Below, one piece after another: positions 24,756-37,507 of a stretch of 64,000 nt of DNA. Every line of letters starts with the position of its first letter. Position 1 is the stretch's first letter. The stretch is from Octopus sinensis. Its lineage: Eukaryota. The position numbers and the translations under genes are program-made. A model generated the notes under the pieces. That model was not told the origin of the DNA. It was given only the letters and a program-made list of their open reading frames with translations, and searched no databases. The stretch covers positions 110,112,001 through 110,176,000 of the forward strand of contig NC_043001.1 in the NCBI RefSeq assembly GCF_006345805.1. Reading direction: 5' to 3'.

Positions 24756-25011
24756 TGTCATTGTTGAATCAATGCCGACTCTGATAGAACATTCCTATGG
24801 TCAAAGCTGTGCTACCTGTGTACAAAATATTGTTCATCTCTTGCTTCGAGGAATCTTGTACGAATACCTGGTCAGTGTATCGTTTTGATTTCGGTTGTTG
24901 TTTGATGGAATGTCCAGTGAGAATATACCAATGGAAAGCAAATTTCTCTGTGTGCAATTGGACACAAAAACACACACATACACACACACACGCATACTTA
25001 GCAAGCAATTT

Positions 25012-25206
25012 TCAAATCTTCATTCGACTACCAGCTGCGTTCACTAATTTCATTATTCTTTTCGATTCAATATATTCACCAGGACGTTTTAGTAGATGTT
25101 TAGACGTTACATCAGAAACATTCATTTTTGTTTTTTCAACTTTTACATTTCTATGGCATGATTTAATGCTTAAGAGATTGCTTTCACAATATGTTTGGTT
25201 AAAAGT
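25012..25206 (-). CDS. Candidate terminal exon, 64 aa, unknown product
   Basis: Pyrimidine-rich ttgttttag acceptor, open frame TFNQTYCESN...AAGSRMKI*; no family recognised. Confidence 0.15.
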   Translation of the reverse strand, partial: TFNQTYCESNLLSIKSCHRNVKVEKTKMNVSDVTSKHLLKRPGEYIESKRIMKLVNAAGSRMKI

Positions 25207-25744
25207 CTAAAACAATGGGAAATTGGGACAAATGCATTCAACCGTATCACTGAAACAAACCTAGGAAGAGAAATTGTCAAACCTGATGATATTAACATTA
25301 ATATGACATAGATATCTATTTGCGATAAGTGAGCACAACTGCAAACAAACCTCTAAAATTGCCTGGGCATTATATAAAAAGATATCTTATACTAGAGTGA
25401 TACGAATATAATCTAAACGCAAACAGAAAAGAAAATTATATAAATATTTGGAATAATTATAGGCAGACGATTACGAGAGAATCTTCATGAACTCGCACAG
25501 TAAGCTGAGAAATTTATTACCGCGTCTATATGTCTAGTGGTAATGGCGAAGTTTTATGACGAGATTTAAAGGACTGAAAACAGATACTTATCTCTACGTC
25601 CAAGCTCCATTTTTCAAGTTCCATTTGAAAGGGAAAGTGAGGGTGGAGAGAGAATTCTGCCCTCATTTCCCTTTCCCTAGTATTTTTGTTGAAAGTTTTT
25701 TGTTAAATATAGATATTGTTTTTGTTGAATAAAATTTGTTGAAA

Positions 25745-25843
25745 AAAAGCCGTAATAATTATGCACCAAACCAATATGCATACACTTGCGCCATCCCACC
25801 ACCACATATATGCACAAATATGATATATTGGAGAAATTGTTAC
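25745..25843 (-). mobile_element. Mariner-like TIR end plus flank (copy 2)
   Basis: aagccgtaataattatgcaccaaaccaa followed by TA. Confidence 0.6.
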
Positions 25844-26128
25844 ATGGTTCCGGGTTTAGTCCCATTGCGTGGCGCTTTGGGCAAGCCTTGTGAGTGGATT
25901 TGGTAGATGGAAACTGAAAGAAGCTCGTCGTATATATGTATGTGTATATATGTATGTGTGTGTGTGTGTGTGTGTATATTTGTGTTTGTCACCCCCCCCC
26001 CAACATCACTTGACAACCGATGCTGGTGTGTTTAGGTCCCCGATAGAATAAGTACTAGTCAATTTGTTCGACTAAAAGGCGGTGCTCCAGCATGGCGACA
26101 GTCAAATGAGTGAAACAAGTAAAAGAGT
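25844..26128 (+). mobile_element. SINE family A, 5'-truncated with deletions
   Basis: atggttccgggtttagtccc...aaggcggtgctccagcatgg...gtaaaagagt. Confidence 0.9.
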
Positions 26129-26129
26129 A

Positions 26130-26466
26130 AAAAGGTGGGTGAACGTGTCGACGATGGCAGGTGTGAACGGGCCGACTCTGAATTTCCGCTTGTAAACCGG
26201 TGGAGTTGAGAAGGAGAGAGGCTCTTGCTGAGGTGCAACGCGCGGTCAAGATAACCAGGATGTGTGGGGTACCTCGGTTGTCCCTGTGGGGAACACCCAA
26301 CATTTTGGGGAATTTTATTGTGTAATCGTATTGTTAATCGTCATTGTCGTTTTATTGTATACTTGATTCTTGCATTAAACCTCACGTGTTCCTAGTTTGG
26401 GATTGTCTGTATTATTTTGCTTAAGGCACTTGAGGCCAATAAAGAAACGATTACTACTACTACTAC

Positions 26467-26503
<37 letters not shown>
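26130..26503 (+). mobile_element. Tx1/L1-like LINE extreme 3' end
   Basis: Frame KRWVNVSTMAGVNGPTLNFRL* (26130-26195) resembles a Tx1-type ORF2 C-terminus (recall); ~240-nt UTR, AATAAA at 26438, (TAC)n tail. Confidence 0.6.
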
Positions 26504-26593
26504 GATATTGCGATGGGGCACAAAAACATAGATGCACAATTAGATACGTACACGCATGCACACAATATATATATATATATATATATATATACA

Positions 26594-26757
26594 TGGGAGG
26601 GCTTCTTTCCGTTTCCGTCTACCAAAATTACTCACAAGGCTTTGGTCGGCCCGAGGTTATAGCAGAAGATACCTGTCCAAAGCGCTATTCAGTGGGACTG
26701 AATCCGGAATCATGTGGTTCGGAAGCAAGCTTCTCATTATACCGTCACGCCTGCGCC
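26594..26757 (-). mobile_element. SINE family A head
   Basis: gggcttctttccgtttccgtctacc...cagtgggactgaatccggaatcatgtgg...ctgcgcct. Confidence 0.85.
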
Positions 26758-26942
26758 TTAGGCTAACTTTGTAGAATTGTACAGAACGTTATCGTCATTT
26801 CTCATTAACCTATTCGTGCACAGAAATCTCCAGAATGTTTCGATGGTTTGACAACAGAAAGGATATGTGAAGAAAAAAAGTTTATCAGCATTGTGTCTGC
26901 AGCTAAAAGAATCTTGTTCCCCATTTAAAGTGGGGCGAAAGT

Positions 26943-27297
26943 AAAGCGCGTGCACACCATCAATCGGACGAAAATGGAACTTCCGGCGTTTTTAGTTTTT
27001 TGGGAGCGGGAGGTGATGGGTGAGTGACATGGGGTAAGGGACCTGGAGTGTTTCTTTAAAGGAAATTAAAATTAAAAAAAAAATTTCTAGATTTTTAATC
27101 TCTTTATTTTTACACGTGTATTGAAAAAAATTCGAAACAAAGAATTAAGAAAATGGTGGTAGTGTGTGGGATTAATTAAACTTTTGAAAACGTGATTTTT
27201 GAGCAAAACCGTATTCTTTTATTGAAAACATAGAAATCCGTAAAAAAATTGGAAGAAATTAAAAAAGCATCGGAAATGGGTGGTGTGCACGCGCTTT
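26943..27297. mobile_element. Non-autonomous DNA transposon with perfect 17-bp TIRs
   Basis: aaagcgcgtgcacacca (26943-26959) and tggtgtgcacgcgcttt (27281-27297). Confidence 0.75.
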
Positions 27298-27319
27298 GCC
27301 TTTGACAGAAGTGTTTCTA

Positions 27320-27631
27320 GGTCGGGTGCGACGACAAGTGTTCCAGTTGACCCGCTCAACGGAACAACCAGCTCGTGGAATTAAGGTGCGAGTGGTAGAG
27401 CACTCCATAGACACGTATGCCCTTCAAGTAGTTCTCAGGGAGCTTCAACGTAACAGAGAATCTGATAAGGTAAGGCTGGCCTTTTGAATCACGGGTACAA
27501 CTCATTTTTGCCCTCTGAGTGAACTGGAGCAACGTGAAATAAAAAGTCCTGCTCAAGGATATAATGTGCCGACAGAAATCTAACTCTGGACCGGGAGCCG
27601 ATTCTCTGACCACTAAGTCTCACGCCTTCAC
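27320..27631 (-). mobile_element. SINE family C (CORE-like) with tail X
   Basis: gagtgaactggagcaacgtgaaata...tgctcaagg core, ccttcac head end, tail shared with 57736 and 58528. Confidence 0.85.
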
Positions 27632-27789
27632 TGTTTCCAAATTTTTCTGGATAAGATGCGTTTTTCAAAATGGATGAATAATTCCAAACGTAACAACGCA
27701 CACAGCTTCAAATATGAGAGGGTAGAAAATTCTTTGGCAGTTATTCTTTTATACTTTTGTTCTTTTACTTTTTTCAGTTACTTGATTGG

Positions 27790-27963
27790 TGTCATACTGG
27801 AGCACCTCATTTTAGTCGAACAAATCGACCACTGGATTATTCTTTGTATTTCTGTTTCTTGTTCTATCAGTCTCTTCTCCCGAATCACTAAGCTAACTTC
27901 GACGCAAACAAAACCATCGGTTGTCAAGCGATGGGGTCGGGAGACCAACATAAGCACAAAGAC

Positions 27964-27997
<34 letters not shown>

Positions 27998-28003
27998 CAC
28001 ATA

Positions 28004-28073
<70 letters not shown>

Positions 28074-28074
28074 G

Positions 28075-28113
<39 letters not shown>

Positions 28114-28290
28114 ATATATATATATACAAGACGGGATTCTCTCAATTTCATTCTGCCAAATCAGCTAACAAGGCTTTGGTTAGCCAGGGGCTATAGTAGA
28201 CGACAGTGGCCCAAGTTGCCACGCAGTGAGACTGAACCGGGAGCCATGTAGTTGGGAAGCAAGCTACTTGCCACACAGCCACCCCTGCGT
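27790..28290 (-). mobile_element. SINE family A, older copy with (TATC)n interior
   Basis: ctggagcacctc...catcggttgtcaagcg...cccaagttgccacgcagtg...accacacagccacccctgcg. Confidence 0.85.
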
Positions 28291-28933
28291 CTCTACGAAC
28301 AGTGAATATTAATATTACTAGTATTAATATTACTATTACTATTAGTATTAATATTAATATTACTATTATTAGTATCAATAACAACAACGACAAAGTCGGC
28401 GACTAAGACATAAACTCATACACCTACATCCACACACACAAACTCTGTGAAACATTTATACAAAGAAATATTGCTGAAAGCGGTAATTTTACCCTCAATA
28501 TTGGTTTAACACTGAAATTGGACAGAATTTCATTGAAGGAAAAACTAATAAAATGTCTGAATTTTACCATATGTATGCATTGCAGTAGTCCCAAGGACAC
28601 AATTTTAAGGCCTATTGAATGATGGCGAAGCCTTTTAGCTGTCGTGAAAGGACCGTACGATTCATTTGGAACCTTTCTATATTTATGATGATTAAAAGTT
28701 GCAAAACAGATATATACACCCAGGTATTGCCATTCATACACACACACACACACACACACAAACACAAACACACAAACACACACACACACATTCATACATA
28801 TGTATATGCATGTGTGCATATGTAAATATATGTACGTATGTATATACATACATATTTTCATATACTATTTGTCATACGTAAGATACATACATGCATCATA
28901 CTTATGTATACATACCTGATGCATTCATAATAA

Positions 28934-28990
<57 letters not shown>

Positions 28991-29129
28991 CATGTATATA
29001 TATGTGTATATATATATATTTATATACATATATATACAGATAAATATTCAGTTCAAATACAAGGTCATAAATAATGTTACACACACACACACACACAAAC
29101 ACACACATACACACACACACGAACATTTA

Positions 29130-29160
<31 letters not shown>

Positions 29161-29637
29161 CTCAGTGTGTTTATGTGTCACAGAGAGAGAGAGAGATAGA
29201 GAGACAGAGACAGAGAGAGAGAGAGAAAAAAAAAGAGAGACAAAGAGACAGATAGAAAAGGAAAGAGAGGAAGAGAGTAAGAGACCTATGCTAGCATGCT
29301 TACCAGCAGGTGTATATGTAAAACCGCAGTTGTACGTAGTTTTAACCCAGATGACTCCATTGGATTCATTTCATTACTGAGAACTTCTACTGATTCGAGA
29401 CATTTGATAAATTCTTGTAAAAGAATAATTACATACATTTCTACTGATTCCACTCACCAACATCACCAACCACAGGCGAGAGATGTATATATTTTCAAAT
29501 ATATTTATATTGGCATCGCCTTTATTTGTTCAATTTAATGTGTTGGTATCGAAATAGAAAATGTTTCTGCTGCTTACAAAAATCAATCACCAGAATTGTA
29601 CACCACACACACCACAACACACATATATATATAATAC

Positions 29638-29972
<335 letters not shown>

Positions 29973-29986
29973 CACACGTGTTATAT

Positions 29987-30031
<45 letters not shown>

Positions 30032-30284
30032 AATATATATAGTGACAGACGTGGACAAATATAGAAATCCTGTTTGCTAAACGTATGTCTGTAAGTTGAG
30101 AGCTGTCCTCAAGATGTATGCTTCTAAAACTTGTGGTTTGAAGAAACTTCTCTCAGATTTATAGGATAAGCACACAAGAAAGTTAGACCATTTTAATATG
30201 TGATGTATACATACATGCACACAGACATAAATACACACACTTACATATGTTTGTATATATATATATATATATATGAAATAAAAT

Positions 30285-30520
30285 GAGACAACAAAACTAA
30301 AAGTTATAGGACATTTATAAAGAGAAATGTAATCTTACAGCTGTTTCTGAGATAGTAGGAATATCTCTTTATCAGAGACGATATGAGAGTTCTCATAACT
30401 AGAGGGAAATAATAGAGTTTAATATAAGGAGTTATAAGGGTGGATATAGGTATTATAAAGGGAAATAAGAGAATAAAAATAAAAGTAAAAATATAAAATT
30501 TAATATATATGTAGGATGTC
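30285..30520 (-). mobile_element. Penelope-like terminal fragment with hammerhead-like motif
   Basis: Minus strand gtct-CTGATAA-a-gagata-ttcctac-tatctc-a-GAAAC-agct-GTA-agat (30332-30380). Confidence 0.55.
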
Positions 30521-30562
30521 ACAGTTGCGGTTCGATTATCCAAGGAAAGTGTTGAGTAGAAT

Positions 30563-30599
<37 letters not shown>

Positions 30600-30757
30600 A
30601 TGGTATATTCTGTTAATTACGTAGCTGAGTACAATATAAAGTTCGTCCACCTGTGCTATCCAGTAGTATTATTATACGTACTTCAAAGTTTGCATTTGGG
30701 TTTCTGTCGTGTGTGAATAGAAAACTGAAACACATTGGAGTCAACAAGAAGGGGTAC

Positions 30758-31491
30758 GGTTGGACCTTTATTTTTTAATCACTACTATTGTTTCCACGCA
30801 ACGTAGTCCTCCAGGTGTTCAAGTACTTGATTATGTAACCGTTTACCTGTATTATGAAATTTAGTCCTGTTTACTCAGGTGATATGTAAATACTGTTTCC
30901 GTAACTATAAATCTGCGGCGTGAAGAACATTGTCTCTATCTGTCTGACTTGGCCTGAATTTAGTAGTAGTCACTGGGTTTATCCAGGTGTGTTGTTGCCG
31001 AAGGACTGTTGGAAAACTGCTTTGATTTTTTTAGATGTAGTGGGATGGTGATTCTGTTATTGTCAAATGGTTTCTGTTTTAAAGGGATTGGGATTTCATT
31101 TCTTTGTACTGCTGAGTTGTTCTTCGTTGTTGGTTTCCCATGTGATTGCCCTTAGCTTGGCCTTTAAGATCCAACGCTCGAACACATACACACGCACATG
31201 CGCACACAAACACAAAGACACACACTTGATCATATATATATACATTCTTATACATATACATAGTGACTACAAGCTCAGTAAGTACTACGAAATTTCTGCC
31301 ACGGCAACAGAGAGGATGCTCTTGAAGCCGAGGATTTAAAAAACTTACGGAGACAATATTTACATATCGCCTGACGATACACAACTAGATCTCATAATGC
31401 AGCGAAATAGTTCCGTAATCAAATACCTACACACCTGGAGAACTACTTTGCGTGGAAACAATTGTAGTGATTAAAAAGTAAATGTCCAACC
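30758..31491. mobile_element. Non-autonomous element with ~147-bp imperfect TIRs
   Basis: 30758-30904 and 31345-31491 are reverse complements (ggttggac...taatcactac...ctccaggtgt...gatatgtaaata...ccgtaa). Confidence 0.75.
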
Positions 31492-31764
31492 TTATTGTTT
31501 TTTTTATTGTGTGCTCGTGTGAATGAATATATTCTTTCATACACACATGCACACACACACACACACACACGGAGGCGCGCACATTCTTAAAGAAACTAAG
31601 CACAGGGAATTATTTTTAATAGACATCATTATAGTTTTCATCAAGTTACCAGCGCTCAATCGACAACGGTAACCCAGTAGAATTCATGGTGTGTGTCCGC
31701 ATGTTGAAGAGACGTTTGACAGGAACATAAATAATATTTCAACGTTATCGAGAAAACAGAAAAA

Positions 31765-31797
<33 letters not shown>

Positions 31798-32350
31798 GAT
31801 ACATCTATTTTATTATCATTGTTTCGATATATAACATTACATTGTAATATTACACACCTTCCTTATTCAAAAAGCTAAACTATCTAGGGACAGGAATGAA
31901 TAACAACAATATAAAGATATGTAATAAACGTTTTGGCGACAAAATTTAGCTCAAGGTATCTAGTAACGACACGTTACTGTTGTGGATCTCATAAATGACT
32001 CATGATAAACATCCAGACAGACGAGGACCGAGCAATCATATTTATTAAGATAATCAAATATTCAATAAACCAACAAATAAAATGTGGTTTTTGTGTAGAT
32101 GAATGTTAATAATGTCATTGCCGTTGACTTTACGTGTCACGATAATGTAAACTGGTGTATTTTGATATCAGTTCCTTATTCTTTCTCTCTCTCTCTCACT
32201 TCTCTCGCTCTGTCTCACGCACGTCGTATTTTTCACTCCTCTATATACACCTCACTCCTACCCGTATATGATTGATATACATACATAACAAAACATAAAA
32301 TATAATATAATATGATATGTCTGTATGTATGTATATATATATATATATAA

Positions 32351-32391
<41 letters not shown>

Positions 32392-32408
32392 GAGAGAGAG
32401 AGAGAGAG

Positions 32409-32788
32409 ACGCAGGAGTGACTGTGTGGTAAGTAGTTCTAGGTTCAGTCCCACTGCGTAGCACCTTGGGCAGGTGTCTTCTACTATAGCCTCGGGCCGAC
32501 CAAAGCCATGCGAGGGGATTTGGGAGAAGGAAACTGAAAAGAAGCCCGTCGTATATATATATATGCGTGTGTACGTGTGTACATATATATATATATATAT
32601 ATGTTTGTATGTCCGTGTTTGTGCCCCCAACATCGCTTGACAACCGTTGCTGGTGTGTTTACGTACCCGTCACTTAGCGGTTCGCCAAGAGAGTCCGATA
32701 AAATAAGTACTAGGCTTACAAAGAATAAGTTCTGTTTCGATTTGCCCGACTAAAGGCGGTGCTCCAGCATGGCCGCAGTCAAATGACT
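32409..32788 (+). mobile_element. SINE family A, tail truncated at aaatgact
   Basis: Full head and body; tail joins directly to a family-E copy. Confidence 0.9.
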
Positions 32789-32943
32789 TGGGGAAATTTC
32801 GAACCTGGGTTCTCATTCCTACATAATTTTTTGCTGTTATTATTATTATTATTATTATTATTCAAGTCACTACTAGTATTCGAACTCGGAATCTTGGTGT
32901 TAGTAGCCCACGCTCTTAACCACTACGGCATATGCCCATGAGC
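32787..32943 (-). mobile_element. SINE family E, 3'-truncated
   Basis: Reverse complement of gggcatatgccgtagtggttaagagcg...gagttcga...(aat)n...aggaatgagaacccaggttcgaaatttccccaag, matching 53085-53372. Confidence 0.85.
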
Positions 32944-33269
32944 ATATGAAGTTTGCCTGAGTAACCCATTTGGATCTTCTCTTTGTGTCCATACGAACCC
33001 ATAGCCACGGAAAAAATGCTATTATTGTAGAAGTCTATCAACGGTGATTTTGCATATCTGATGAATCTCACTGCATTAATTTAACTAAGATCATTGCGAC
33101 TGTCATGTTGCTATGATTTTCATCTTAAATTGATATATCTATTTACTTTATTTACATCTATTTACTTTAGCTTTTTACTCATTTCTCTGTCAACAAATAG
33201 GCCTATAGCTCCATTCCGTCTTACATCATAAGCGCTCAACTTCTGTGCTCGTCTACTCTCTAGTGTACA

Positions 33270-33520
33270 TTTTACACTTTTTTACTTTTTTTATTTGTTT
33301 CAGTCATCTGACTGTGGCCATGCTGGAGCATCGCCTTTAGTCGAGCAAATCAAACCCAGAACTTATTCTTTGTAAGCCTAGTACTTATTCTATCGGTCTC
33401 TTTTGCCGAACTGCTAAGTTACAGGGCCGTAAACACCCCAGCATTAGTTGTCAAGCGATGTTTTTTTTTTTGGGGGGGGGGGCAAATACAGACACACAAA
33501 CATACATACACACACACAAT

Positions 33521-33557
<37 letters not shown>

Positions 33558-33724
33558 GTGCGACGGGCTTCTTTCAGTTTTCGTCTACCAAATCTACTCA
33601 CAAAGCTTTGGGTGGCCCGAGGCTATAGTAGAAGACACTTGCCCAATGTGCCACGCTGTGGGACTGAACCTAGAACCATGTGGTTCGTAAGCAAGCTACT
33701 TACCACACAGCTACCCCTTCACCT
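33270..33724 (-). mobile_element. SINE family A, full length
   Basis: All family landmarks present. Confidence 0.95.
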
Positions 33725-34339
33725 ATAGTATCTAAACAAAATACTATGAAGGTATGGTGTCAACCATGTATGCTCAATTGAAACTTTATGTAAGTACCAT
33801 TGTTTTATTATGTCATTTGCTTCCAATTTATTTTCCACCGGACGGTCTTCATGTCATCAACCGCTTTACAGAATGAAGTAAACATATTCTATCATGTCAG
33901 CAACACATGCGAGGAGTTTCACAGGGAAATAAAGTTATCTCCAGGGCAATAGATAAACAGAAAAGTTTACCTAACAAGCTTATATTTTATAATCTAATAA
34001 AACAACGGCAGTTGGAACTAAGTTAACATGAGAGACTGAGAAATGGCAGCTGGGATTATGCTGTGGCGGATAGGAGTGCTGAGCGGCCGGGCAGTTTACA
34101 TCATTGTTTATTTATAATATATTGATAAATAGACAATGGTATCCGTTGTATTAATAGAATCTCTGTCTAATCGAACATTGCGTGTCAGGCACAGTCAGAT
34201 ATTTATAGTAAAAATAATTACACACAGTTAATATAGAGATGAATGGGAGAAATATTAAGGAAGATGATAATGATGATGATAACAGCAACGAAAGAACAAG
34301 GTAAAAAACATCAAGAACGGCATAAACAGCAACAACAAC

Positions 34340-34540
34340 TAATATTCCTTTCGACTACAGGCACAAGATCTAAAGGAAGGCACTTGCATCAACTCGAGTG
34401 CATAACTGGTACAAATTTTATGGGCTACGAAAGGTTAACGGGCTAAGTCAACCTCGGCGGTATTTGAACTCGCAATGTAAAGACGGACGAAATGGTAATG
34501 AGCATGTTGGCCGACGTACAAATGATTCTGCTAGCAGCTC
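34340..34540 (-). mobile_element. SINE family B, old copy (tail B2)
   Basis: caggcacaag...actggtac...aacctcggcggtatttgaactc. Confidence 0.7.
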
Positions 34541-34549
34541 CCCATTCTG

Positions 34550-34599
<50 letters not shown>

Positions 34600-34790
34600 A
34601 ATAGGCACTAGGCTTTAAATTTTGGAGGAGGAGACCAGTCGATCACATCGTCCCCAGTACCCAACTGGTACTTAATTTATCGACCCGGAGATGATGAAAG
34701 GCAAAGTCGCCCCAGGCAGAACGTAGCGACAAATGAAATACGCAAAGCATTTCGCCCGGCATGCTTACGATTCTCCCAACTCGCCGCCTT
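34600..34790 (-). mobile_element. SINE family B (tail B2)
   Basis: taggcactaggc...actggtacttaatttatcgacc...gatgaaaggcaaagtcg...ctcgccgcctt. Confidence 0.85.
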
Positions 34791-34833
34791 AATAATAATA
34801 ATGATGATGATGATAATAATAATAATAATAATA

Positions 34834-34906
<73 letters not shown>

Positions 34907-34939
34907 TAATAATAATAAATATTATTATTGTTATTATTA

Positions 34940-35195
34940 GGACGCATGGCGTAGTTGCTATGGTTCGTGAGATCGTGGTTTCAATTCCTTGACCGGGTGG
35001 TGCATTAAGTTCTTGAGCAAAACACTTCATCTCACGTTGCTTTGCGATCACTTCCACTCCTGACACATGGTACACCGTGCACTTGTTCAGCCAACGCCGA
35101 TTTGATGGAGAGGGAGTGAGCTAATGTACATCACGTACATTTGGTCACTATACACAAATCATTTGTACAGGTCGTTCGGCAAAAGAAGCTTCGAC
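34940..35195 (+). mobile_element. SINE family C head and core with a different tail (W)
   Basis: ggacgcatggcgtagt...ggtttcaattcc...ttcttgagcaaaacacttcatctcacgttgct, then a tail unrelated to X or Z. Confidence 0.75.
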
Positions 35196-35209
35196 GGGAG
35201 AATCCATTG

Positions 35210-35275
<66 letters not shown>

Positions 35276-35826
35276 GGAGTGAGAGAGCAGTGCATGCCCA
35301 AAGTGACACTGGGGTAAATATACGAAGCCCAGTATACCCATCATGACTACCCGTCTGATAAGGGTGCACCAAACACATGCATCACAACCATATATGCACG
35401 ACATGGTGACCTCATATCAAGATAAACAGCACATGACCTTGCAGGTGGGGCCCAGTTAGAATTTTCTTCAGGTCGAGTACCCCATCCCGCACAAAAGGTC
35501 CCTGAATAAGGGTTGTTTAAGTATGTTGAACGAAACACTCATGTTTCTAAGGATGCATTATTCAAACCCCAAAGAATTCCTCTCAACACATGGCTATGAT
35601 GCTCCCCCACTACTTCCGCTGGTGATCAGAGATGCACATATCGTCAGCCACTAAGGGATACGCTCAACTGCTCATGGTTAAACAACTGACAAGCAAATCT
35701 GTGGTATTGAGCAGAATATTTGCTGTAGTCTATCTTTTATACCAAGACAAAACAATGTACAGGATAGCACTTCCAATCAGTTAAGATCACAAGCCACGAG
35801 AGCCACTCCCTGGTACTGCACCAGGG
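35276..35826 (-). mobile_element. Family F ~545-bp element, second copy
   Basis: Reverse complement of 10398-10942; (ATT)n on both sides. Confidence 0.85.
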
Positions 35827-35865
35827 TATATATTATTATTATTATTATTATTATTATTATGATTA

Positions 35866-35968
<103 letters not shown>

Positions 35969-36316
35969 CCATAGCAGCTGCTCTGGGTCTGCTTATAAAG
36001 CAAAAATTCATGTTATGATCTCAGAGTCGCATATACCGTATAATCTCTTTTAAATGGAGGGAAAATGTTTTGTGAGATTCAGTTTGAAATTTTCTATGGG
36101 AAATGCTATCTTATAAATAGGGTCTAGTGTTGAGAATAAATATTCTTTAAGGTATTCTGAAAAAATATAATTTCGGGTCATAAACCGAAGGTAAACTGCC
36201 TCTTTGATTACTACCGTATGAAATTGACAGAAACTATTGATATTTAATCAATGATGTATCTATTTATTCCCAACACGTTCTAGCATGCTATTCGCTGTTG
36301 CATTTTTTCCTTCTAG

Positions 36317-36396
36317 GAACAACTCCCTTTAGACAATGATCATTGACATTCCTTATGTCACTGAAACCAGTTCAGTCAGCATACAACGTCTAAAGG
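36317..36396 (+). CDS. Candidate exon with ATG at 36336 (MIIDIPYVTETSSVSIQRLK...)
   Basis: Strong cattttttccttctag acceptor, AGG|gtaaaa donor; no homology recognised. Confidence 0.15.
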
Positions 36397-37267
36397 GTAA
36401 AAGTGTTCCCCTCGAAGGCTCTTGAAGGTTTATGCAACAAGGAACAACTTATTGAAGTTGAAATCTCTTGGAACGTGTTAAGAATGAGTATATGTGTATA
36501 TTCGTTTTGACTCGCAAACGTGCGTGTTCACAATAATTTAATATTAATATTTATTTCTGATGCTGCTATTTTAAGACTGCATTAACGAATATATATTTGC
36601 CTCACACACGCTAGTTTTCAGCTGGAAATAATTTATTTTTCTAAAAAAAGACTGGGCGTGTTTTGTTGTATTTTATTTTTAGAACGAGTTCATACGGTAA
36701 TTAGTCAATGCATTGTTTTAAATGGTTCGCTCATGCAATTTCTAATTCCGTTTTCAATAAGGGTCAAGGCATAATAATAGAGATTAGAATAAGGAGAAAA
36801 CCGAACATTTTAATAAGCGAGTAGCCGTATTCAAAGAGAATATACGGAATGAATACGTGTACGAGTGCCATTCACATGTTTTTTTAAAACGTTTTTGTGG
36901 AGGGCAGGTTATGTAGATACTTTGGTAAACATAAAACAAGGTCTTGATGTGCTTCGAATTGGTTCGTACATTTCGAATACACACACACACAAACACAGAC
37001 AAGCACATACACACGCGTGCACACACGCATACATACGCATACAAGACCAGCCAGGGTCTTTCACATTTCTGTCGGATTTTTAGGGGTGCCGTCGTGACAT
37101 ACGCCATGTATTAAGCAGTTTAAATCTCTCCGCGCCCATCAGTTTGGAAGACTGACTATAGTCGAATTCTTCCAGAAATTTAGAAATAAAAGAGGACACA
37201 GACTGAACGGAAGCGTTTCAAACAACATCGACTCCAGCACAGAAATGGTGCACAGAAACCAACCTTT

Positions 37268-37507
37268 CAGTTACTTATTTCTTTACTACCCGCAAAGGGC
37301 TAAACATAGAAGGGACAAACAAGGACAGACAAAGGGATCAGATCGATTAGATCGATCCCAATGCGTAACCGTACTTTATTTATTGCCCCCGAAAGGATGA
37401 AAGGCAAAGTCGACCTCGGCGGGATTTGAACTCAGAATGTAACGGCAGACGAAATATCCCTAAGCATTTCGCCCGGCGTGCTAACGTTTCTGCCAGCTCG
37501 CCGCCTT
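37268..37507 (-). mobile_element. SINE family B (tail B1)
   Basis: tttctttactaccc...gaaaggatgaaaggcaaagtcgacctcggcg...ctgccagctcgccgcc. Confidence 0.95.

Noticed and set aside
25273-25305. CTGATGA followed by a TATTAA/TTAATA stem
   Set aside because: No GAAA after the stem and no stem I or III; not a hammerhead
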